From Octopus vulgaris (Eukaryota): DNA of 64,000 bases. Within the stretch, counting starts at the first letter, position 1. Each line of letters opens with the position of its first letter. The stretch is from assembly GCA_951406725.2 (NCBI GenBank), contig OX597814.1:151156001-151220000 (forward strand), read 5' to 3'. The notes under the pieces were generated by a model. That model worked only from the letters and a program-made list of their open reading frames with translations, was not told where the DNA came from and made no database searches. Shown piece after piece: positions 54,780-64,000 of this stretch. The position numbers and the translations under genes were made by a program.

Positions 54780-55016
54780 TAGGGCGGCGAGCTGGCAGAA
54801 ACGTTAGCACGCCGGGAGAAATGCTTAGCGGTATTTCGTCTGCCGCTACGTTCTGAGTTCAAATTACACCGAGGTCGACTTTGCCTTTCATCCTTTCGGG
54901 GTCGATTAAATAAGTACCAGTTACGCACTGGAGTCGATATAATCGACTTAATACGTTTGTCTGTCCTTGTTTGTCCCTCTCTGTGTTTAGCCCCTTGTGG
55001 GTAGTAAAGAAATAGC
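54780..55016 (+). mobile_element. SINE family X with 14-bp TSD
   Basis: TSD tatcgcggagtaaa at 54766-54779 and 55017-55030. Confidence 0.9.
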
Positions 55017-55895
55017 TATCGCGGAGTAAACCGAGAATAATGGTTGTCATAAACAATGTAGTATTCCCGGTTGAAGCTAATGAAATTGGAAAGTCCATTA
55101 AAACAATGAATGCTCACTTGTCTCCAATTGCGCACCAATAGCTGTATTTGTGATGCGGATGTGACTCTCCCATCTGCAATCAATCATATTCTAGGAGCAG
55201 TGTATTCTAATCTCAGTCACTTATCCACCAAAGAAACCGGATTGAGCTCCGGCTTTATAAGTTCTAGGGCTCATGACACACCAATCTAGCTCTACATTCT
55301 CCAATGTGTCCTTCCCGTTTTAAATGATATAGAGAATGGTTTGATGGGGCTTTTGCAAATATTTTTAGCAGACCGAGCAAGCACGCGGCGGCTCTTCGAT
55401 CAATTTATTGCATTATGAAGTTCATCGTTAGATAAAGACCAATCTTTCCATGCTTTCATGTCTACACCCCCCCCCACTCTACATACTGGACCTTAATTTC
55501 CTGTTTCCTGTGATTAAGACAGAAAGAATTTTAAGATACTCAAACGAGAAACTTCAAGATACTTAACACATAAAGCGCGACAGGCCACGATCGTGGCCCA
55601 GATAGATGCATTTAATTTATGGGCATTTGTTGGGGTCACTCAAACGCTCCGATTCCCCCAGAATGACTTTTAAGATGATGTAAAACTTGCCACCATTATA
55701 TACTAAGAAGATATTTTAACTATCTTTTTTTTGTTTGTTTTTTATGTGGGCATGGTAGTCTCATTTTCATAAAATGTGCTCAGCAGTCCATGCTACATAA
55801 GTGCAAATCCCAGCGTTTTATGGGTTAAACAAAAATTCTCGTTCAAGGGATTATGAATTCCTTTAAAAAAAATCTCCTGTTACTTTTTCTTTCAG

Positions 55896-55966
55896 GTGTG
55901 TCGAGAACCAATGCTTGATCTACTGAACTTTCCCTTTGAGCTAAATTCAAGGTTTTGCACAGAGAG
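55896..55966 (+). CDS. Candidate exon VCREPMLDLLNFPFELNSRFCTE(R/S), resembling a class B GPCR extracellular domain
   Basis: Acceptor tactttttctttcag|, donor ag|gtatat. Only phase 0 is open. Two Cys spaced like C1 and C2 of the hormone-binding domain. Confidence 0.35.
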
Positions 55967-56177
55967 GTATATGTGATTGCACATAGAAGAATGTGCATGT
56001 GTTTTTCGTATGTGATGCGTCTGTATGTGTGTACGCACGTACGAGTATACATGTTTTTTTATGATTACTTAACCGCCACTTTGAGGATCATTAAATTAAC
56101 ACTAAATTTTTTTCCATGGTCTCATGGTGGATTTTTGTTCGTTTTTCTTTTTTTGTAACTCTGTTCTTTCTCTACAA

Positions 56178-56506
56178 CAATGGTTCTCAACCGAGGTCCA
56201 ATATAAAATTTTGTGGGTCCATGCAACAAAACAGAAAAATTAGGAATCCACAATCGTATTTTAAGGGCCCATCAAGAAATGTTGCATTTGGTGTATTGGT
56301 ATGTATTGCAAGAAACAGCTAGGTTTCTTCTCTAACATTTTTACCTAGTTCGGCCTACACAAGTTAATGAGTGAAAAATAAAATAGGAATTTTGAAAGAA
56401 GTTTCTATAAAACTAGTTTTGAAACACTGAATTGTTATGGGGGTCCATCAGAATAAAACAGTAATCAAAGAGGGCCGTAGATAAAACAAAAAGAAGTTGA
56501 GAACTC
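56178..56506. mobile_element. hAT (Charlie-type) MITE
   Basis: caatggttctcaacc ... gttgagaactc ends; 8-bp TSD ctctacaa (56170-56177, 56507-56514). Confidence 0.78.
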
Positions 56507-56829
56507 CTCTACAACATTTGTTCGTTGTTTTCGAAATTTGCCTTTTTTTCAGACGTGCGACGAATGCGTAAAAAGAAAAGAAAACAAATTTATTTGACAA
56601 CCTGATACATTTCGATCGCGAACCAACAAGGTAGCCTGCATGATCACTACCTGCAAGAAATAGGAGCTAAATTATATTCAAATCACTATATAATCTTGAA
56701 AAGTAAAGGATACGTTTAAGAATGTAGCAAGTGATTGCTGATAGTAAACTATTTAGTTGCTTTAACAATCCTACTGGAGTTTCTCTTGTACGTATACAAG
56801 TGTTTCAGCTTTAGAAGAAGACTGTATAT

Positions 56830-57246
56830 CTATTTCTTTATTACCCACAAGTGGCTAAACATAGAGGGGACAAATAAGGACAGATATAGGTATTAAGTCG
56901 ATTATATCGACCTCAGTGCGTAACTGGTACTTAATTTATCGACCCCGAAAGGATGAAAGGCAAAGTCGACCTCGGCGGAATTTGAACTCAGAACGTAACG
57001 GTAGACGAAATACGTATTTCTTTATTAACCACAAGGGGCTAAACATAGAGGGGACAAACAAAGACAGACATAGATATTAAGTCGATTATATCGACCTCAG
57101 TGCGTAACTGGTACTTATTTAATCGACCCCGAAAGGATGAAAGGCAAAGTCGACCTCGGCGGAATTTGAACTCACAACATAACGGCAGACGAAATACGGC
57201 TACGCATTTCGCCCAGCGTGCTAACGATTCTGCCAGCTCGCCGCCT
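56830..57246 (-). mobile_element. SINE family X with tandem-duplicated body
   Basis: Two consecutive ~185-bp body copies and one head. Confidence 0.85.
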
Positions 57247-57739
57247 AAGCCGAGAGAGAGTATATCATTAGCTGATTGATTGAGTGACTGAACGATTAAT
57301 CAAACAATCGATTGGTTAATTGGTTAAACTTTAACGAATTGACTTGTAATTTTAAAAAATGAAATAGAACGAGTACATATGTTAATTATTGGCATAAGGG
57401 ACCTCTCGAGATACCGTACAACCTGTTTCATCATATGAATTCCTATCAAGAATCTTACAGACTAAATGCAAAAACAAATTTACTTGTAAGTACACTTTCT
57501 ATAGTATAGCATGGCAGGGAGATTTTTTTTTCTTTTCAAGTCTGTTTTGTGCAACCCAAAAATCTTCAGTCTGTCACTGCTGACATGCATGTTATAGATT
57601 CGCCATCACGGCCCTAGATATACGCCTTTCACCAGAACAGACCTTGACTTAAATAACACCAACACCAACAACAATAGCGGCGTCTTTGAATCCCAGTTGT
57701 TATTGTTATTGTTTTACAACGAAGCCACTTTTCTGATTT

Positions 57740-58095
57740 ATTCTTTTACTTGTTTCGGTCATTTGACTTGGGCCATGCTTAATCACCAGCATTAGTCGAA
57801 TAACTCGACCCCGGGACTTATTCTTTGTAAGCCTCTTCCGCAGAACCGCTAAGTTACGGGGATGTAAACAAACCAAAATCGGTTGTCAAGCGATGTGAGG
57901 AGGGGGCAAACACAGACACACACAAATATATATACACAACGGGTTTCTTTCATTTTCCGTCTGCTAAATCCACTCACAAGGCTTTGGTCGGCCCGTGGCT
58001 ATAGTAGAAGACACTTGCCCAAAGTGCCACGCAGTGGGACAGAACCCAAAACCATGTGATTGAGAAGCAAGCTTCTTATCACACAGCCATGCTGC
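57740..58095 (-). mobile_element. SINE family W
   Basis: Full head, body and tail on the minus strand. Confidence 0.8.
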
Positions 58096-58199
58096 GCCTA
58101 TTTGAAAGAAATATTTTATTCTTTAAATTCTGTTTGAATTTCTGATGGGATGGTATCTTTTGGTGGGTGGTTGTTTGTGAGACTATTTCACTTAGCGGA

Positions 58200-58247
<48 letters not shown>

Positions 58248-58821
58248 ACTTCTTGTGTGCGGTTGTATTAAAACATCGCCTATACACAATTTTTTTACAG
58301 CTCCTTTTCTATCTTCTTATTGCTTAGCATTTGCACAAAAATATGGCAAATTTAGTAGGATCTAGCTGAATCTTGGTTAGCATCAAAAATGGCTAGTGTT
58401 TCTTCTTTCACTTAATTCTCAGTGTTTTTTTTTCTTTTTTTTTTTTTTTTTTGAGGTGGGGAGAAATTTCAGAGTGAAAAATAGCTTTCTATTTTTATTT
58501 TATTTTTAATATATTCTATACATAAATATAAAAATATAAATTTTGAATTTCCTATTTTTTATATATTTATAAAAATATATAAAATTATTTCAGAACTTAT
58601 GATAAACCTTGCAACGTTGGCTAAGCTGTGACAACTGTATAGCATTCTAGTATACGTTTTATTATATTTGTTCAAGCAGCTAAGTAAACCTTGTTTATGT
58701 GTGTCTAAATATATGTGTGTATATGTATGTATGTGTACATATAACAACATAGGTACAGGAGCCAACGAAGGAATATTTGTGTAGTTGTATGACTGCTAAC
58801 CCCCCCCCCCCTCCCATAACA

Positions 58822-59220
58822 AAGGCAGTGAGCTGACAGAATCGTTAGCACGCCGGGCGAAATGCGTAGCCGTATTTCGTCTGCCATTATGTTCTGAGTT
58901 TAAATTCCGCCGTGGTCGATTTTGCCTTTCATCCTTTCGGGGTCGATTAAATAAGTACCAGTTACGCACTGGGGTCGATATAATCGACTTAATCCATGTG
59001 TTTGTCCTCTCTATGTTTAGCCCCTTGTGGGTAGTAAAGAAATAGGTATTTCGTCTGCCTCTACGTTCTGAGTTCAAATTCCGCCGTGGTCGATTTTGCC
59101 TTTAATCCTTTCGGGGTCGATAAATAAAGTACCAGTTACGCACTGGGGCCGATGTAATCGACTTAATCCCTTTCTCTGTCCTTGCTTGTCCCTTCTATGT
59201 TTAGCCAATAACAGAAATAA
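58822..59220 (+). mobile_element. SINE family X with tandem-duplicated body
   Basis: Body repeats after gtaaagaaataggtatttcgtctgcc. Confidence 0.85.
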
Positions 59221-60028
59221 GTAACTGCTAAATCTCCCTCAAATTTGAATCTACTGTCTTAAATAGAAAGGGACACCTTGCAAAATGTAGTCATTGATGT
59301 ACGAAAAGATAGCAACGTCCCTGCAGAAATGTCTTTCATCATAGGTCTACTCGATAATGATACGCCTTGAGTAAACAAGAACAACTGGCAAGCCTGTGGG
59401 TAAGATTCTGCGTGATTACTCGACAAGGTATATTTACCTAGGGTGAAAGGAAAATGGTCACCGCTAGAATGCCTTCTACTAATGGTCTGCTTACTTAAGG
59501 CTGACCTCGATTAAACAAGATCAAATAAGACATAAAAATATATGTGTGTGTGTGTTATGGAAACAACTAATACTAAAAGACAGAAGACAACAAAAGGGAC
59601 AAGTTTTTACAAATGATATAATGCCTAAAAGGTAATTTTGGACGCAGGTCCTTCACCAGACGAAACATAGAAGAAACACAAAGGACAGCGGATGAGACAA
59701 AGGAACTGGAGGAAGAAAGCGGGCGAGGAGGTTAGAAACCAAATGAGAATGCGGTTCTATGGGGGAGTTAAGAAGGGGAAAGGGCGGTGGCGTGTGCAAA
59801 TATATAGGATTGTCGAAGTACTGAGATGGTCGTAGATGGAGGTCTGTGTACGTGGATTTTTTTAGGTTATGTGTGAAGACGTACGTGTGGGAATGTAGTG
59901 GCGTAGAATAGCCATGATGGAGTTGGTTGGCATGTAAGTCTACTCGTAGTGTGCAAGGAAAACGTGGAAGTGTAGATGAGGCAGCGGGTGTGAGTGTGGC
60001 GTGAAACGGAAGATAAGTGGAATGTAGA

Positions 60029-60261
60029 AAGCGGCGAGCTGGCAGAAACGTTAGCACGTTGGGCAAAATGCGTAGCCGTATTTCGTCTGTCGTTACGTTC
60101 TGAGTTCAAATTCCGCTGAGGTCGACTTTGCCTTTCATCCTTTTGGGGTCGATTAAATAAGTACCAGATACGCACTGGGGTCGATATAATCGACTTAATC
60201 CGTTTGTCTGTCCTTGTTTGTCCCCTCTGTGTTTAGCCCCTTGTGGGTAGTAAAGAAATAA
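60029..60261 (+). mobile_element. SINE family X
   Basis: Near-consensus copy. Confidence 0.87.
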
Positions 60262-60505
60262 GAAGGTCTGTGCGTGCCCTTGAGATAATATCTAAGGAAT
60301 AATTTAATATATAAGTCCTTGATCAAAACATCTAATAATGTCCATTAAGACTTAGGAGCTACTGCTCCTAATTAAAGCTCAGCTTACAATAGCATATTCT
60401 TTCTTTTAATGAAAACGAAATCAGTATTTCAAACCGTGTACAAACTTTTTAAATATATGATATATAAAAGGGAAATTTTAAAAACGACAACATGTCAAGA
60501 GTATA

Positions 60506-60586
60506 CAGTAATCCCTCGTCATATCGCTGTTCACCTATCGCGAGTTTTTTTGGAATGTAACACCCGCGATAGTCGAGGGATTACAG
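60506..60586. mobile_element. 81-bp Tigger/pogo-like MITE
   Basis: TA|cagtaatccctcgtcatatcgc ... gcgatagtcgagggattacag|TA. Confidence 0.75.
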
Positions 60587-60764
60587 TACTTTATATGTAT
60601 GTGTGTGCGTATTTTGTATGCATTCATGTGTGTATACACACCTCAGCCGAAATTGCTAGGATGATCCGGTTCTTGACAGACGATAGAAGGCTTCGAATGT
60701 CCCGTTCGTGTTTTTTGTATCGTCTTCTAAATGTTTTACGTTCTTGTCCCAGTTTGTATTTTTC

Positions 60765-60833
<69 letters not shown>

Positions 60834-60846
60834 GATGCCGTTATAT

Positions 60847-60893
<47 letters not shown>

Positions 60894-61046
60894 TGTGTGT
60901 GTGTGAGTGAGTGTGATATTGAGTGAGCGAAAGATTAAAGAAAGACTAGAGGAAAAGAAAACTGAGTATGGCGTGACATACTGACAACGTTTCTGTAACT
61001 CATGCTAACATTCCCATTCTTCAGCTATTCTATTATAAAATACCCT

Positions 61047-61120
<74 letters not shown>

Positions 61121-61796
61121 CTTTCTTGACTCGGCATTATTTCACAGCAAAGTGTCTTGGGATCCAGGATGTTTTGATGCATTATTTTGGGTCGCATTAG
61201 GATCTGCCCTGTCAAATAATTTGGTTAAAGATTCCTTGAGAAATGGCATCATTGCTTCAAGAGAAACAAACATGATTCTTCGAAATATAAACGCATACAC
61301 AAATACACATCACACACACACACAACATATCTTCTACGCTTGATAGTTGTCATAAACAATCCAATATTCCTGGTTGAGGCTAATGAAATTGGAAAGTCCA
61401 TTAAAACAATGAATGCTCACTCAACTCCACTTATATACCCATAGTTGTATCTATGGTGCGAATGTGTCATTTCCATCTGCTATCAATCAGATTCAAAACT
61501 AATTCCTCGAAGCCCCGTATGTCTTAATAAGGTAGGCGTGTAATCGCTAAGTATAACTACACATCCATGAACAATGGAATTAAAATCGTTAATAAAAGCT
61601 TGACATCTGTTTAAAATCATAAAGACTGAATAGCAGTGTTTGAAGACGTTAGGTTGAAGTTCATTATATATCCAATTATTATGTAATTAAGTGGATGATA
61701 CAATATTTAATGTGGTTGACTGAAAATAATTTTTAATCAACTGAAATTATGATTTTGAAAAATTCAATAGCTACCAGTGCTAACAAGAATTACTCT

Positions 61797-62118
61797 CAAA
61801 AGTGGTAAGGGAAAAAATTCATGAAATTTCAGTTCATCAAAATATAGAGATATGCAAGCGTGTTATGATGTATCTGATCTGTGGTCGCTATAGTTACAAC
61901 TGCGAACATGTTTCTCTCTTATTACATCTCCATGATTAAGCAAAGTCAACACAAAAATGCCAAACCCGAAAAATATTAAGGGAAACTACCAAACCCGAAA
62001 GTGGCAAGGGAAAAAATTCATGTAATTCCCATTTATCAAAACTTAGAGATATGCAAACGTTTGATGATGTGTCTGATCTATGGTCGCTATAGTTACAACT
62101 GTGAGCGGGTTTCGCTTT
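61797..62118. repeat. Diverged ~120-bp direct repeat, ~200-bp period
   Basis: aaagtgg(t/c)aagggaaaaaattcatg...ggtcgctatagttacaactg at ~61798 and ~61998. Confidence 0.75.
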
Positions 62119-63049
62119 TATCAGGTATAACCCATAGCTATATATAGGACAAATCAGACTCACTCATCGTCACTACAACTCTGTTTAATTTTTGTCTAAT
62201 TGTAATGTAAAGGTTAACTCCCTTACCCCTATTGGGATTAGTTTCCATACTGCTCGTGGCTTTTTTTTATTTTTCAGTTATAATTTTACTTGATTAATAA
62301 GTAATTTCAGGTCAGTACATTAAATATAGTAGCCTACATTTAAGTATATATTTTTTGTGCAGAAGGCATTGTTGGGAAATTTTCCAGTGATACGATGCAG
62401 TACTTAAAAGACAGCTTCGACTAATCTTATACTTCTATGTCAATCCTTCCGTTTAATATAGATGCTATCATTGTCAAAGTTGATGTAAAAATTACCAATA
62501 GTTTTCAATTCTTGTGCTCACAGTACCAAACGTTTCGACAACAGCTGGGACCACCTCAACCTCTTCCATTGCACACAAATGTTTTATTTCCTATGCCAGT
62601 AATTCTTATCTTTCAGTCTTCTTCAATTCTTTGTCACAAACCACATTGTCAGCTGGACAAGCAACATCTTAAATCAAACTCTATTTATTGACATGGCTAA
62701 TCACCACTATATCTGGTTTGCAGTGTTCAATTTCATGTTCACATTATAGCATAAAGTCCCATAAAACCATGGCGGAATCATTTTCTGTGATTCCTTCAGG
62801 CTTGTGCACATACCACAGGCTAATACTATATTTTCCACCTAATCCCAATGGACGATTTTCGCTTCGTTGTCATGGCATCACTTGTATTCTTTCTGTCAAA
62901 CTTTGGGCACTGGCTGGGGACATGCCATATAGTTTCTCTTTTTTCTCCGCATATCCTACACTTTTCTGTTATACTTGAGCTGTCAATCTTGTGCTTAACA
63001 AAATTTGTCTCCGGGGCTTGCTCCTGTACTATACAAATTAAAGCTTCTG

Positions 63050-63069
63050 GTTATTATTATTATTATTAT

Positions 63070-63122
<53 letters not shown>

Positions 63123-63132
63123 TCATTATTAT
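63050..63132. repeat. (TTA)n/(GTA)n microsatellite
   Basis: Direct reading; adjoins the 3' end of the R4/Dong-like element. Confidence 0.95.
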
Positions 63133-63134
63133 TC

Positions 63135-64000
63135 ATATACACTCAACAGATTAGACTGTAGGAAAAGAAAAGAATCCTAACATCGGGCTACAAGAAGTTG
63201 CCTTAGATGTCAAGAACCCTCCTATCGGGTTACAGTAACCTTAGATGCCAAGAACCCTCCTAAGTATCCTAGCTGTCCCTAATAACATTGTTTTCTGCTG
63301 CTGTACTAAACTAGATTTTATGCCTATTTCCTCTATCCATCTGTTCAAATTTTTAGGGATAGTTCCCAATGCACCTATAAATATTGGGATACATTTTACA
63401 CGCACTTTCCATTGTGTCTGTAATTCAATAATTAAGTCCTGGTACTTTGCCATTTTTTCTATACTTCTGATATTAATTTTTTCGTCATTTAGGACTGTAA
63501 AGTCAATTATCTATTCTCTTTATCTACTACTACTACTACTACTACTACAATTGATCAGGCTTTCTAGCTTCTATTACTCTGTCAGTCTGAAAATGAAAGT
63601 CCCACAACATCTTGTACTTCTTACTTTCTAGTACTTTACTAGGTTCATGTTCATACCATTTATCAGTATGTTCAAATCCTAGCTCTGTCAAGACCATACT
63701 TGTTGCAAAGCGTCCAATGAACAATCCTTGCTATATTGTCGTGGCGTCTCTTATATTCCTTCTGGGCTAGTGGCGTACATTGGCTGGTAATATGCCATAC
63801 GGTTTCACCATTTTGTCCACAGATTCTGCACTTACCACTTTTTGATGTGTTGTCTACTCTATATTTTATGTAGTTTGTTCTTAGTGCTTGCTCTTGGGCA
63901 GCACAGCTTAGAGCCTCCGTTTCCGGTTTTAAATTACTTTTAGTCATCCACAACCATCTTTTTTCTCTGTCTATCTTATCTTCAACATCCCTATGAAATT
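63135..64000 (-). mobile_element. R4/Dong-clade RLE non-LTR retrotransposon, 3' part (continues beyond window)
   Basis: ETEALSCAAQEQALRT, CCHC finger CRICGQNGETVWHITSQC, YKRRHD, KYQDL...IPIFIGALGTIP; frameshifted. Next to a (TAA)n-type repeat. Confidence 0.9.

Noticed and set aside
58146-58200. WDGIFWW as the class B GPCR WDG..CW exon
   Set aside because: Immediately preceded by in-frame TGA with no AG acceptor, lacks the Cys and runs into (CT)n.

Overview
AT-rich, repeat-dense eukaryotic DNA with long (TA)n/(TG)n microsatellites. The SINE and LINE repertoire points to an octopod cephalopod (Octopus-like); this is an inference. Most ORF-track calls (the IYIY/VCVC ones) are microsatellite artefacts. 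Transposable elements: two CR1-clade LINEs plus a fragment, Penelope-like element (PLE) fragments (GIY-YIG and RT), an R4/Dong-like RLE LINE, a full-length decayed hAT with an 8-bp TSD, mariner relics, several MITEs, non-autonomous Helitrons and four families of tRNA-derived SINEs. Two things stand out. (1) At least nine minimal type-I hammerhead ribozyme (HHR) motifs from five sequence families lie in non-coding, partially tandem or inverted elements (PLE pseudo-LTR/retrozyme-like). Several have non-canonical cores: U3-A8, A.A or U.U at the base of stem II, or a very long stem II. (2) A + strand class B (secretin-family) GPCR locus shows two paralogous 'VQxEIYxxWQR' terminal exons (33696 and 41370), suggesting alternative C-terminal tails. 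Possible N-terminal exons of a second class B receptor lie downstream. All calls were made by eye; boundaries of old repeats are approximate.
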